From: an uncultured Spirochaetales bacterium
GTDB lineage: Bacteria; Spirochaetota; Spirochaetia; Sphaerochaetales; Sphaerochaetaceae
Length of the DNA: 64,000 nt
Assembly: GCA_944390025.1 (NCBI GenBank)
Contig: CALXOK010000004.1
Span: 11,821-75,820 of the forward strand
Direction of reading: 5' to 3'
This document shows positions 29,292-39,720 of this stretch, one piece after another. The translations under genes were made by a program, and so were the position numbers. How positions within the stretch are numbered: the first letter of the stretch is position 1; each line of letters starts with the position of its first letter. The notes under the pieces are model-generated. The model was not told the origin of the DNA, did not search any database, and saw only the letters and a list, made by a program, of their open reading frames with translations.

Positions 29292-29951
29292 ATGATTAAT
29301 GTTGACAACGACTGGCAGGTTCTTTTTAACGAGGAACAGAAGAAGGATTATTACCTTGCCCTGCGCTCTTTTTTGAAAACTGAATACAGGACAAAGACAA
29401 TCTATCCTCCGATGAATGAGATCTTCAATGCATTCCGTCTGACGCCTTTCAGCAAGACCAAAGTCATCATCGTCGGGCAGGATCCATACCATGAGCCCGG
29501 ACAGGCAATGGGACTGTCCTTTTCCGTCAGGGCTGATGTTGAGACTCCTCCTTCGCTGAAAAACATCCATGAGGAGATTGTACGGGAGGGCGTTGAACAG
29601 GGACCGTGGTCAAGCGATCTCACCCGCTGGGCGCGTCAGGGAGTGCTGCTTCTCAACAGCACGCTGACAGTTCAGGCCCATAAGGCTGCCTCCCACTGCG
29701 GGAAAGGGTGGGAGAGGCTTACCGATACCTGTATTGAGGCTCTCGGGCGTGATGACAGGCCTAAGGTGTTCATGCTCTGGGGAAGCTGGGCAAGAAGCAA
29801 GAAGGCCCTGATCTCAAATCCCTGCCATCTGATTCTCGAGTCTGCCCATCCGAGTCCCTTGAGTGCATACAGAGGCTTTTTCGGAAACGGCCACTTCAGA
29901 CTGTGTAATGATTTCCTGAGAAAAACCGGTCAGGAGCCGGTAATCTGGTGA
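29292..29951 (+). CDS. ung: Uracil-DNA glycosylase
   Basis: GQDPYH, PPSL, GVLLLN, HPSPLS. Confidence 0.97.
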   Translation: MINVDNDWQVLFNEEQKKDYYLALRSFLKTEYRTKTIYPPMNEIFNAFRLTPFSKTKVIIVGQDPYHEPGQAMGLSFSVRADVETPPSLKNIHEEIVREGVEQGPWSSDLTRWARQGVLLLNSTLTVQAHKAASHCGKGWERLTDTCIEALGRDDRPKVFMLWGSWARSKKALISNPCHLILESAHPSPLSAYRGFFGNGHFRLCNDFLRKTGQEPVIW

Positions 29952-29993
29952 AAAAAAGGCTGCATGAACCATTTGTCCGATGCAGCCTTGTTT
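29951..29993. terminator. Bidirectional terminator between convergent ung and ABC ATPase genes
   Basis: A-run, aaggctgcat/atgcagcctt stem, then gttt. Confidence 0.7.
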
Positions 29994-29996
29994 CTG

Positions 29997-30737
29997 TCAG
30001 CTGTTTTCCATGAAACGGGAAAGGAAGTCTTTTGTCCTCTCGCTTACCGGATTGTGGAAAATCTGCTGCGGGCTTCCTTCTTCCTCAATCTTTCCGTCTG
30101 CCATGAAAACAACACGGGTGGAGATGTCGCGGGCGAAAGCCATCTCATGAGTGACAACCAGCATTGTCATGCCGCTTTTCGCAAGGTCTTTCATTACATC
30201 AAGAACCTCACCGACCATTTCAGGATCAAGGGCGCTTGTCGGCTCATCAAAGAGAAGCACCTCCGGTGACATCGCAAGGGCTCTGGCAATTGCGACACGC
30301 TGCTTCTGTCCTCCGGAAAGCTGGCGTGGCTTTGCATTTATGTACTGGTCCATGCCGACTTTTTTCAGGAACTCCATTGCATTTGCATTTGCCTCTTCTT
30401 TGCTTCTTTTAAGAACGTGAGTCTGACCGACTGTGCAGTTTTTCAGCACGTTGAAATTGTTGAAAAGATTGAAGGACTGGAAAACCATGCCGACCTTTGT
30501 CCTGTACTGGTCTTCATCGACACTTCCGTCGAGAATGTTCTGACCATGATACAGAATCCTGCCGCCGCTTGCCTCTTCCAGCATGTTGATGCACCTGAGG
30601 AGGGTTGACTTGCCGCTTCCGGATGAGCCGATAATGCTTATCACATCACCCTTGTTGACCGAGAAGTCGATATCGCGCAGGACCTCATTGCTTCCGAAGG
30701 ATTTCTCCAGATGCTCGATTTTAAGAATCTCTTCCAT
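29997..30737 (-). CDS. Polar amino-acid ABC transporter ATPase (GlnQ family)
   Basis: [35 protein letters not shown]. Confidence 0.93.
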   Translation of the reverse strand: MEEILKIEHLEKSFGSNEVLRDIDFSVNKGDVISIIGSSGSGKSTLLRCINMLEEASGGRILYHGQNILDGSVDEDQYRTKVGMVFQSFNLFNNFNVLKNCTVGQTHVLKRSKEEANANAMEFLKKVGMDQYINAKPRQLSGGQKQRVAIARALAMSPEVLLFDEPTSALDPEMVGEVLDVMKDLAKSGMTMLVVTHEMAFARDISTRVVFMADGKIEEEGSPQQIFHNPVSERTKDFLSRFMENS

Positions 30738-31537
30738 CAGAAAGTTCCTCCTGTCTTCTCATTGTAGCGTGTCAGTCCGCTTGTGAATGCAAGGGTGTCA
30801 CCCGTAGCGAGGTCGAAGTTCGCAGGACCGTCCATCCTGCCTTCAATCCAGCGCAGAAGCCTGGAGCATGCGAAGGTGAGAATGAAATAGATAATCATCG
30901 TGACAGTCGCGGCCTCAAAATAGGTGTACAGGGCACCGGAAATGCTTCTGAATGTGAAGAAGAGCTCGACAGTGCCGATGATTGACAGAACGCAGGTATC
31001 CTTGATGTTGATAATCAGGTTGTTGCCGATTTGCGGCATGATGTTCCTCAGTGACTGCGGCAGGATGACAAGCATCATTGTCTGGAAGTGCGACATTCCG
31101 ATGGCTCTTGCGCCTTCCCTCTGGCCCGGGTCTATCGAAAGGATTCCTCCTCTGACAGTCTCTGCCATGTATGCGCCTGTGTTGATTGAGACGATGATGA
31201 TGGCCGCGCTCCACATGCCAAGATTGATGCCGAACACCTGAGCTGTACCGTAGTAGATGAAAGCTGCCTGAAGCATCATCGGTGTTCCTCTGAAAATCTC
31301 GACATAGGCGGTGAGAATCAGCTTGACTGCCTTGAGAATGCCGCGTTTCACGATACCTGATTTCTTATGAGGCTCGGCGGTCTGCACGAGACCGACGGCA
31401 AAGCCGATGACACAGCCAAGCAGCGTGCAGATGATTGCAATCGCCATTGTGGTGGCAGCCCCCTTCGCAAGAGAGGGGGCATACTCCTGGACGATGTAAA
31501 TCATCCGCTGGAAAAAATTCATTTCGGAAATTGTCAT
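30737..31537 (-). CDS. Polar amino-acid ABC transporter permease
   Basis: [33 protein letters not shown]. Confidence 0.92.
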   Translation of the reverse strand: MTISEMNFFQRMIYIVQEYAPSLAKGAATTMAIAIICTLLGCVIGFAVGLVQTAEPHKKSGIVKRGILKAVKLILTAYVEIFRGTPMMLQAAFIYYGTAQVFGINLGMWSAAIIIVSINTGAYMAETVRGGILSIDPGQREGARAIGMSHFQTMMLVILPQSLRNIMPQIGNNLIINIKDTCVLSIIGTVELFFTFRSISGALYTYFEAATVTMIIYFILTFACSRLLRWIEGRMDGPANFDLATGDTLAFTSGLTRYNEKTGGTF

Positions 31538-31545
31538 GATTCAGC

Positions 31546-32397
31546 TCAGTTTGCAAGAGGCTGCACGGAAATGGCCTCGTTCATCATTCTTGTGAAATCC
31601 TCAGTCGTGAGGGTTGCAAGCACGCCGTTGATTGCATCCTTGAGCTCTGTGTTGTTCTTGTTGACAGAGATTCCGATGTTGATTTCCTCTTCACTTACAA
31701 CAAAGTCATCATCACTGTCTGAGAAATCAAGGAGGACCATGTCAGGGTAGGCGACAAGGGCTGCCTGACCGGTAGGCATGTCTGTACAGACAAGGTCGAC
31801 TCTTCCGCTGTCAAGAGCGACGAGCATTGCCGGAGCGCTGTCCTGAGCCGGAAGGATGTTTGCATCCGGAATCTGCGGGAGACATACATCATACCAGATT
31901 GTGTTGAGCTGGCTTGTGCATGTAGCACCGGCAAGATCTGAGACACCCTGGGCATTCTCATACTCAGATCCCTCTTTCACGAGACAGATGATGGAAGCAT
32001 AGTAGTATGGAGTGGTGAAGTCGACCATCTGAAGACGTTCTGATGTGATTGACTGACCGGCGATGACACAGTCCACTGTTCCTGAAAGGACTGCCGGAAC
32101 AAGAGAGTCCCAGTCAAGCTTGACGATTTCAAGATCATAGCCGAGTTCCTGTGCAATGTATTTTGCCATCATGACATCATAGCCATAGGCATAGTCAGAG
32201 GAACCGGAAATCTGGACAGCTCCGTTTGCATCAGTCGTCTGTGTCCAGTTGTATGGAGCATAGCCGCATTCCATTGCGACACGGAGAACAGGGCGTCCTG
32301 ACTCAGATGCCGTATTTTCACTGCTTCCTGCTGCGAAAACAAAGGAAACAGAAAGTAAAAGCACTGCTGTAATGGTAATGATTTTCTTAAGATTCAT
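31546..32397 (-). CDS. Polar amino-acid ABC transporter substrate-binding protein
   Basis: Signal peptide; ECGYAPYNW, GYDV, WDSLVPA, ITSER...DFT.PYY. Confidence 0.9.
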   Translation of the reverse strand: MNLKKIITITAVLLLSVSFVFAAGSSENTASESGRPVLRVAMECGYAPYNWTQTTDANGAVQISGSSDYAYGYDVMMAKYIAQELGYDLEIVKLDWDSLVPAVLSGTVDCVIAGQSITSERLQMVDFTTPYYYASIICLVKEGSEYENAQGVSDLAGATCTSQLNTIWYDVCLPQIPDANILPAQDSAPAMLVALDSGRVDLVCTDMPTGQAALVAYPDMVLLDFSDSDDDFVVSEEEINIGISVNKNNTELKDAINGVLATLTTEDFTRMMNEAISVQPLAN

Positions 32398-32428
32398 GGT
32401 TCAAGCCTCCTGTGTTATGAACGGCTTG

Positions 32429-32457
32429 ATAATACTAGTCGCATGATTTTGTGTCAA
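32429..32457 (-). promoter_or_regulatory. Strong sigma70 promoter of the amino-acid ABC operon
   Basis: TTGACA-N17-TATTAT on the minus strand; GGAGG RBS downstream. Confidence 0.8.
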
Positions 32458-32479
32458 TATGTTATAAAGAGAACTTTTA

Positions 32480-32495
32480 TGTTATTATAATAACA
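32480..32495. promoter_or_regulatory. Perfect 16-bp palindrome, putative transcription-factor site
   Basis: TGTTATTA|TAATAACA, about 65 nt upstream of the inferred start site. Confidence 0.5.
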
Positions 32496-32521
32496 CAATT
32501 CTTTCTATGATTTCTTCCACG

Positions 32522-32550
32522 AAAAAACACAGCCCTTTGCCGGGGCTGTG
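32522..32550 (-). terminator. Terminator of the EamA gene
   Basis: cacagccc/gggctgtg stem with a T-run on the minus strand. Confidence 0.75.
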
Positions 32551-32571
32551 CTGAATGTATGGTATCCTGAT

Positions 32572-33516
32572 TCAGTTTTCTTTTTTTCCGGGTGCCCAGT
32601 TGACGATGTATATGCCTGCGCAGACAAGGATGAGAGCCAGTAGTTTGTTCAGTTGAAGAGCCTGCTCGACTTCGCCAAGAAAGATTGCGGAAAGCAGGAC
32701 ACCGAAAAGCGGGGTGAGAAAGTTGAAGATAGACACCTTGCTTACCGGGTTATACTTCATGAGAGTCCCCCACAGCGTGTATGCGACAGCAGATATGAGC
32801 GCAAGGTAAATCATCAGCACGATTCCGGTGAATCCTACGTCAGTATTCATCCTTCCTCCTGCGGCAAAGCCTGTTACTGCCATCACCAGACCGCCCAGCA
32901 TGAACTGGTAGCCGCTGAGCATAGTGACAGTGAAGCGCTTTGAATATTTCTTCACCAGAATGCCGCTGAGCGCATAGCTGAACTGTGAAAGAAGCACAAA
33001 GCCTTCTCCGTACAGGGAGAAATGGAAGGATGTTCCTCCTGAAAGCGAGATATTCATGATGATGATTCCCGCAAAGCCTGTTATGACTCCGATAAGCTTG
33101 TTTGCCGTCATCTTCTCATATCTGAACACGAGGCAGGCAAGGAGAATGGAAATGAAGCCGCCGCTTCCCGAGACGATTGTTCCAGTTACACCGCTTGTGT
33201 GTGCCAGTCCTATATAGAAGAAGAAATACTGGATTATCGTCTGTGCAAGAGAGAGCTTTACGATACTGGGAATGGAGCCTTTTTCCGGGAGAACCACTTC
33301 CTTTCTAAGTATCGAGTCAAAGAGGATTACGAGCACTCCTGCAAGAAAGAACCGCACGCCGGCAAAGAGTATGATGGACCAGGTGTCGTCGCTTGCAATT
33401 GAGAAAAGCTCATATCCAGTCTTTATTGAAGGAGTCGCGCTTCCCCACAGGAAACAGGAGATTCCTGCAAGAAGGAGAATGACCCAGGTGTTGTTTATCG
33501 CTTTAGGTTTTTCCAT
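32572..33516 (-). CDS. DMT/EamA family transporter
   Basis: About 10 TM segments, LWGSA.P.IK, RFFLAG, PLFGVLLSAIFLGE; ATG 33516 likely. Confidence 0.88.
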   Translation of the reverse strand: MEKPKAINNTWVILLLAGISCFLWGSATPSIKTGYELFSIASDDTWSIILFAGVRFFLAGVLVILFDSILRKEVVLPEKGSIPSIVKLSLAQTIIQYFFFYIGLAHTSGVTGTIVSGSGGFISILLACLVFRYEKMTANKLIGVITGFAGIIIMNISLSGGTSFHFSLYGEGFVLLSQFSYALSGILVKKYSKRFTVTMLSGYQFMLGGLVMAVTGFAAGGRMNTDVGFTGIVLMIYLALISAVAYTLWGTLMKYNPVSKVSIFNFLTPLFGVLLSAIFLGEVEQALQLNKLLALILVCAGIYIVNWAPGKKEN

Positions 33517-33590
33517 AAAATCCTCACAACCCGCCTCTGAGTCTAGCTCCAATGGTGCAAAGCATCAAGCTTGACGAAAAAAAAGAATAG

Positions 33591-34949
33591 GTGGATAAAA
33601 AAGAGGCAATGAAAAGAGATGCCGAGTACCTTATAAATGAGTCGCCGATGAAGGCGATTCTTATTTTCAGCCTTCCACTTATGCTGGGAAACTTCTTCCA
33701 GCAGCTTTACACGATGGCTGATTTGATGATTGCAGGACGCTTTGCAGGCCAGAGTGCCCTTGCTGCCATAGGTGCATCGACTGCACTGACCGCTGTCTTC
33801 ATTGCTGTCGCCATCGGAGGCGGTGCCGGCGCGTCTGTTATCATAAGCAGGGCTTTCGGAAGGCGTGACTACAGGTCAATGTGCACAGGCATATTCACCG
33901 CGATAATAAGTTTTGTGGCCGTCTCAATGCTTCTTGCCGGCCTCGGACTTGCTTTTTCTGACCGGATCATGGAGGCACTCAACACGCCACAGGATATTCT
34001 CAAGGATGCGGAAACCTATCTGAGGATATATTTTCTCGGGCTGCCGTTTCTTTTCATGTACAACATCCTTTCATCAGTTTTCAACTCTCTTGGAAAGTCT
34101 GTAATTCCCCTGTGCCTTCTGATTTTCTCATCACTGCTGAATATCATCCTCGATATAATCGCAGTGGCTGTGCTTGAGACGGGAGTCGCAGGTGCTGCAT
34201 GGGCCACTCTTATTTCCCAGGCGCTTTCCGCATTGCTTTCATTCATAATCCTGATGAAGACTGTCTCTGCTTACTGGCAGAAGGGCTGCCGGCTGTTTTC
34301 TTTCCCGATTCTGAAATCGATGAGCCGCATTGCACTGCCGTCAATCGTCCAGCAGGCGACTGTCAATGCCGGCATGATGCTGGTTCAGAGTGTCGTCAAC
34401 GGTTTCGGAAGCGAGGTGCTTGCCGGCTACGCTGCCGCCATCAGGATTGACAACATTGTGACAGTTCCCTTCAGCTCGATTGGAAACGCGCTCAGTCCGT
34501 ACTGTGCGCAGAATCTGGGAGCCGGAAAGAAGGAACGCGTTGACAGAGGCTGGCATGCAGGCCTCCTGCTTATCCTTGCGACGGGAATCATCTCAATTGT
34601 CATCCTTCAGTTCTTCGACAGGCCTCTTGCATATCTCTTCCTTGGAGATGGCGGGACTGCGGTGGCTTACAGCACATTCCTTGACTACGTGAACTTCCTG
34701 TCCTGGTTCTTCTCGATACTGGGCTTTGCCTTTGTCACAGGCGCCGTTCTGAGAGGTACCGGAAGAATGGGCATGTTCACACTTGCAAGTCTCCTCAATC
34801 TGTCTTTCCGTGTCATCGGTTCAATGGTCATGGCACCGCGTTATGGGGTCGAGGTTGTCTGGTATGTCGTTCCGGTTGGCTGGACAATATATTTCACTGT
34901 CTGCTATTTCAGCTACAGGCACTTGAAAAAGAGCGGCCTCATCGCATGA
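33591..34949 (+). CDS. MATE family efflux transporter
   Basis: PLMLGNFFQQLYTMAD, YLRIYFLGLPF, LNIILD, AQNLGAG. Confidence 0.92.
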   Translation: MDKKEAMKRDAEYLINESPMKAILIFSLPLMLGNFFQQLYTMADLMIAGRFAGQSALAAIGASTALTAVFIAVAIGGGAGASVIISRAFGRRDYRSMCTGIFTAIISFVAVSMLLAGLGLAFSDRIMEALNTPQDILKDAETYLRIYFLGLPFLFMYNILSSVFNSLGKSVIPLCLLIFSSLLNIILDIIAVAVLETGVAGAAWATLISQALSALLSFIILMKTVSAYWQKGCRLFSFPILKSMSRIALPSIVQQATVNAGMMLVQSVVNGFGSEVLAGYAAAIRIDNIVTVPFSSIGNALSPYCAQNLGAGKKERVDRGWHAGLLLILATGIISIVILQFFDRPLAYLFLGDGGTAVAYSTFLDYVNFLSWFFSILGFAFVTGAVLRGTGRMGMFTLASLLNLSFRVIGSMVMAPRYGVEVVWYVVPVGWTIYFTVCYFSYRHLKKSGLIA

Positions 34950-34996
34950 TTTTCTGCCTGCATCAAGGTGTGAAAAGTGCTAGAATGTGATTTGTC

Positions 34997-36688
34997 ATGG
35001 CACGAAGAAGACTCTTCAGCACTCTGAAAGCAAAGCTGATTTCCGCAGTACTCATCTGCTTCGTATGTGTGGGCTTTCCCACGCTCATAATCCTGTATTC
35101 ATATATGAACAGCCTTGTGTTCGGACAGGTGAGGAGGGTCAACCTGATCTGGGCTGAGGACGCCGTGGATGAGGTCAACCGCAGTCTCAGTGCTGTTGTG
35201 GAGGCCGTTTCGTGGAGCTGTTTCAATGAGAACATAAAGAAGGTGATGCGCTACAGCGAGCCTCTTTCTTCAAGCCAGATGCTTGATGTCTTTGCGGCAC
35301 AGGACAGCCTGTCCGCATATATGGCAGGCTCTCCTGCCTGGAATGACATGAACAAGATGGTGGTGTTCAACGACAGCGGAGTTTCATTCACTTTCACGAA
35401 AGGACGCTATGGCACGCTACAGGACGTGGATCTCATCCGTCTGAGAAACAAATACGACTCAATAGAATTCGAGACAGGAAGCTATGTCAGGCTTATGACA
35501 GACACAACGCTCAATTCGCCTTATGAGGATGCCGTAGTGGCTTACGGAAGGATGGATGACATCGATGCATATATTTATGCCGAGATGAGCATGAGCATCT
35601 TCGACCCGCTTTTCGACAATGCTCCTGTGGAGAACATTTATGTCATCAGGGATGAGGATGGCTTCTGCTATCCTGGTGACAGGCCAGAAGGACTGCTTTC
35701 CGGCTCATATGCCGAAGAGCGCTTTGACCTTGACATTGACGGTGTCAGCTTTGTGTATTACGAGAACAGGCTTCCTCTTTCCATCGGTTCATATGGACTT
35801 GGTATCTTCGTCCTGCTGATAGTGGTGAGCTTTGTCCTCATCACAGTCATCTCCTATCTGACATCACGCTATCTGACTCGTTCCACCGTCCGCCTTGTAC
35901 GTCATATCAGCCACCTGTCTGACAGCGGCAGCTACGGAGAGGTCAATCCCATGATAGAAGAAGGCAATGATGAGATGGCTGAGATAGGAAGGACTGTCAA
36001 CAGGATGAGCCTTTCAATAAAGGATCTGCTTGAAAGGAATGAGCGGCTTTACGAGGAGAAGAAGGAAAACGAATTCTCGATGCTCCAGATGCAGGTAAAC
36101 CCACATTTCCTGTACAATACCCTCGAGTCGATACACTATCTTGCTCAGGTGCAGAAAGCAGACGGAATCGCATCAATGAGCAGAGGTCTGTCGCATCTGC
36201 TGAAGAATATCGCAAAGGGAAACGGTCAGAAAATCACGCTTGCCGATGAGCTGAGGCTTGTCAGCGAGTATGATGAGATCCAGCAGGTCCGTTATATGGG
36301 CATGTATGAGATTGTCTGTGACATTGATGAAAGCCATATGGACTGCCTGATTCAGAAGTTCACCCTTCAGCCGCTTGTGGAGAATGCGATCTTCCATGGC
36401 ATTGAGCCTAAGGGAGAAGGAGGGACGATAAGGATCCGCAGTGAGCATTCCGGCTCTTTCCTCGATATCTTCATTGAGGATGACGGAATTGGCATGGATG
36501 ATAACACTCTTCAGCATATCTTCGATGAGAAGGCTCATTTCAAGGGGAATATGACCGGAGTCGGTGTCAGGAATGTGAACGAGAGGCTCAGGATGTGCTA
36601 TGGTGAAGAGTGCGGTCTGAGATTCGAATCAGAACCCGGCAAAGGCACGACTGCCTGTGTGAGGATTCTGTTTGAGAAGGAGTCATGA
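34997..36688 (+). CDS. Sensor histidine kinase (YesM/LytS type)
   Basis: 2 TM segments, HAMP, LQMQVNPHFLYNTL, LQPLVENAIFHG, DDGIG, GVGVRNV. Confidence 0.92.
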   Translation: MARRRLFSTLKAKLISAVLICFVCVGFPTLIILYSYMNSLVFGQVRRVNLIWAEDAVDEVNRSLSAVVEAVSWSCFNENIKKVMRYSEPLSSSQMLDVFAAQDSLSAYMAGSPAWNDMNKMVVFNDSGVSFTFTKGRYGTLQDVDLIRLRNKYDSIEFETGSYVRLMTDTTLNSPYEDAVVAYGRMDDIDAYIYAEMSMSIFDPLFDNAPVENIYVIRDEDGFCYPGDRPEGLLSGSYAEERFDLDIDGVSFVYYENRLPLSIGSYGLGIFVLLIVVSFVLITVISYLTSRYLTRSTVRLVRHISHLSDSGSYGEVNPMIEEGNDEMAEIGRTVNRMSLSIKDLLERNERLYEEKKENEFSMLQMQVNPHFLYNTLESIHYLAQVQKADGIASMSRGLSHLLKNIAKGNGQKITLADELRLVSEYDEIQQVRYMGMYEIVCDIDESHMDCLIQKFTLQPLVENAIFHGIEPKGEGGTIRIRSEHSGSFLDIFIEDDGIGMDDNTLQHIFDEKAHFKGNMTGVGVRNVNERLRMCYGEECGLRFESEPGKGTTACVRILFEKES

Positions 36689-38262
36689 TGTTCAGGGTAT
36701 TTGTAGTTGATGATGAGCCGATCATACTTTCCGGTATCAGCCATCTGCTTGACTGGCAGCGCCTCGACTGCCAGATAGCCGGATGCTACAGAAACGGAAA
36801 GGAAGCTTACGATGCCATCTGTTCTTCTGGTGCGGACATTGTCATAACAGACATCAAGATGCCGGTCATGGACGGGCTTGAACTCATAAGAAAATGTCAG
36901 CAGACGCATCCTGCGGTTGTGTTTGTCATACTCACAAGCCTTGAGGAATTCCGGCTCGTGAAGGAAGCCATCAGGTATTCTGTTTCTGAATATCTTGTGA
37001 AGACCGAGCTGAATGAGAAGCTGCTTGCACAGGTCATCGAGAAGGTGAAACTTGAATCACTGAGACGCAAGGATATTTACGAGCCGTCAAATCCTGATGA
37101 CGGGACGCAGAGCAGTCTGGACAGGATTGTCTCTTCCTTCATGCTTATGAGAGATGCGGATTCCCAGATCAAGCTCCGTCTTTCCGCCAAGGGACTTCTT
37201 GATTCATGCGGTTTCATCAATTTCCTTTTTGACTACCCGCAGAACAATGATGATGCCTCATGGAAGCCAAGTGATTACAACAGGCTTTATGAGTGGCAGA
37301 AAGATGTCATTGAGAAAGTGCTTCCGGCAGTCTTTCCTGATGCAGTGCCCGTGACGCCTCCTGCGGCCAGATACTGTTCTCTTGTATATTTCATCCATGG
37401 CGTTGACGGCTCGGTGTACAAGGCCCTTGTCAACCGGATTGATGAAAGGGTAAGAAAGGCTTCTTCCCTGGTCACAGGACTTAAGCCTGTTCTTGTGTAC
37501 AGCTCTCTTTACGATGGTCCTGAGGGCCTGATGGCTGCACGAGATGAAATGGAGAAGCTTGCTACAGGATATTATCTTGAAAAGGATGATTTCACGCTAT
37601 CTCCTCTGGCACTGGACGGGATTTATGTGAATATTGAGTCTGCTCTCAGAGAGAAAAACACCGCAGCTCTCGACACTGCCTTCCGTCTGATTGGCTCAAC
37701 ACTGGAGAAGAAGGATCATATGCTCTCTCAGGCAGACTTCATCCTCTCAGCGCTTGCCTCTGCGATAAGCGCCGGACTGTCCCATATCGGAGTGCCTGAT
37801 GACGGGACAATCGAGGAGTTTTTCTCCCTTGTTCCGTATATCTCCCGCCGCCGGATGATTGTCAGGATGATTGAAGAGCTGAGAAACGAGGTTACTGACA
37901 TCATAGGAGGAATAAGCTCAGGTTCCTCCAGCCAGATCAGCGACAAGGCCCGTGAGTATGTCATCACGCACATCGAGCAGAGGATCACGCTTGCTGATGC
38001 GGCTTCCTTTGCAGGTGTCTCACCCGGCTATCTGTCGAAGACTTTCAAGAAGACAATGGGACAGAGCTTTGTCGACTATGTCAACAAGATGAAGATTGAG
38101 CGGTCGATGGAGATGATGCGGCTGGGAAGGTCGAGAATAAACGAAATCGCGCTTTCTCTGGGCTTTGAGAACATCTATTATTTCTCAAAGGTCTTCAAGA
38201 AGGTGACAGGAATGAATCCGACATCGTACCTGAGAAAACAGGAGGAGAATGATGAGGCTTGA
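36685..38262 (+). CDS. Response regulator with AraC HTH (YesN type)
   Basis: VVDDE, TDIKMPVMDG, C-terminal GFENIYYFSKVFKKVTG. Confidence 0.92.
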   Translation: MMFRVFVVDDEPIILSGISHLLDWQRLDCQIAGCYRNGKEAYDAICSSGADIVITDIKMPVMDGLELIRKCQQTHPAVVFVILTSLEEFRLVKEAIRYSVSEYLVKTELNEKLLAQVIEKVKLESLRRKDIYEPSNPDDGTQSSLDRIVSSFMLMRDADSQIKLRLSAKGLLDSCGFINFLFDYPQNNDDASWKPSDYNRLYEWQKDVIEKVLPAVFPDAVPVTPPAARYCSLVYFIHGVDGSVYKALVNRIDERVRKASSLVTGLKPVLVYSSLYDGPEGLMAARDEMEKLATGYYLEKDDFTLSPLALDGIYVNIESALREKNTAALDTAFRLIGSTLEKKDHMLSQADFILSALASAISAGLSHIGVPDDGTIEEFFSLVPYISRRRMIVRMIEELRNEVTDIIGGISSGSSSQISDKAREYVITHIEQRITLADAASFAGVSPGYLSKTFKKTMGQSFVDYVNKMKIERSMEMMRLGRSRINEIALSLGFENIYYFSKVFKKVTGMNPTSYLRKQEENDEA

Positions 38263-38989
38263 GATATTCGAAAATCCATCCGATCTGGGAAGAGGCGCCT
38301 CCCATCTGGCAGCGTCAGCAATAAACAGTGCAATCGGAAAGAACGGGGAAGCCCGTATTGTGCTTTCCACCGGCATGAGCCAGTTCGAGACGCTTGCAAG
38401 TCTCGTGAAGGAGGATGTGGACTGGAGACGCGTCACAGTCTTCCATCTGGATGAATACAAGGGAATCAGCATCTCTCACAAGGCCAGCTTCAGGAAGTAT
38501 CTTAATGAGCGCTTTGTTTCACTTGTTCCTCTCAAAGCATTCTTCCCTGTCGAAGGGAATATAAAGGAACTAAGTGGAAAGCTGAGAGAAAAGCCTTTGG
38601 ACCTCGGTCTGATTGGAATCGGAGAGAATGCACATATTGCATTTAACGATCCTCCCTGTGATTTTGAAACGGAAGATGTTTATATTACCGTAACGCTGAA
38701 TGAGGCATGCAGGCGTCAGCAGGTGAGGGAAGGCTGGTTCGAGTCCGTGAATGATGTACCGCCTCAGGCTGTGTCGATGTCCTGCCGCCAGATAATGAAA
38801 TGCCGCACGATAATCAGTGCTGTTCCTCATGCGGTTAAGGCTGAGGCCGTCAGGAAGACCCTTTACAGCAGCACTGTGGATCCAATGATTCCTGCAAGCA
38901 TTCTGAAAACCCATCCTGACTGGACTCTTTGTCTTGACAGGGAAAGTGCATCAGGGCTCGAATTCGACAGGATACGGTATTTTTCTTAG
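38249..38989 (+). CDS. Glucosamine-6-phosphate deaminase / 6-phosphogluconolactonase family
   Basis: LSTGMSQ, FHLDEY, GIGENAHIAFNDPP, PASIL..H. Confidence 0.82.
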   Translation: MMRLEIFENPSDLGRGASHLAASAINSAIGKNGEARIVLSTGMSQFETLASLVKEDVDWRRVTVFHLDEYKGISISHKASFRKYLNERFVSLVPLKAFFPVEGNIKELSGKLREKPLDLGLIGIGENAHIAFNDPPCDFETEDVYITVTLNEACRRQQVREGWFESVNDVPPQAVSMSCRQIMKCRTIISAVPHAVKAEAVRKTLYSSTVDPMIPASILKTHPDWTLCLDRESASGLEFDRIRYFS

Positions 38990-39011
38990 GAAATCTTGTC
39001 AGGGGGATTGA

Positions 39012-39716
39012 ATGACATTCACTGGCGTTGCGGTCAATGCAGCAGGAATCTTCCTTGCAGGCATAACAGGAAGCCTGTTGAAGAAGGGGATGCCTGAGCG
39101 GGTCACAAACATACTCATGTCGGCACTCGGACTCTGTGTTCTCTTTGTCGGCCTCACAGGCTTTGATGCCTCAATGAACATCATAATTCTGGTGCTGTCT
39201 CTTGCTCTTGGCGCCCTTGCCGGAGAATTGCTTGACATTGACGGGAAGCTGAACAGTGCAGGGGATGCTCTCCAGAAAAAGATTCAGAAAAAAGGAAAAG
39301 ACAACATAGCGGAAGGTTTTGTTTCCGCAACCCTTTTTGTCTGCACAGGTGCGATGGCAATTGCAGGAGGAATTGAGAGCGGCAGTCAGGGAACATGGGA
39401 CACCTACCTTGCCAAGTCTTCGATTGACATTCTTATTGTTTTTGTCATGGCTGCAACGAAAGGAGCCGGCTGTGCCCTTGCAGCATTTCCCTGCTTCATC
39501 TATGAGGCTCTGCTGACAGTCTTTTCCGGTTTCATCTCAGGCTTTGTCACTTTGCAGGTCATCAACCAGATGTCTGTTACAGGCTCTGTGCTGATTGCGG
39601 GAATCGGACTGAACCTTCTTGGAATCACCAGAATCAGGATAGCAAATTTCATCTTCGCTCCATTCCTGCCGGCAGTGTTCTATCTTGCCAGAAAGGCCGT
39701 CATGCAGTTAGTCTGA
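39012..39716 (+). CDS. DUF554 family membrane protein
   Basis: GVAVNA, GELLDID, EGFVSATLFVCTGAMAI.G, KSSID. Confidence 0.85.
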   Translation: MTFTGVAVNAAGIFLAGITGSLLKKGMPERVTNILMSALGLCVLFVGLTGFDASMNIIILVLSLALGALAGELLDIDGKLNSAGDALQKKIQKKGKDNIAEGFVSATLFVCTGAMAIAGGIESGSQGTWDTYLAKSSIDILIVFVMAATKGAGCALAAFPCFIYEALLTVFSGFISGFVTLQVINQMSVTGSVLIAGIGLNLLGITRIRIANFIFAPFLPAVFYLARKAVMQLV

Positions 39717-39720
39717 CGTC

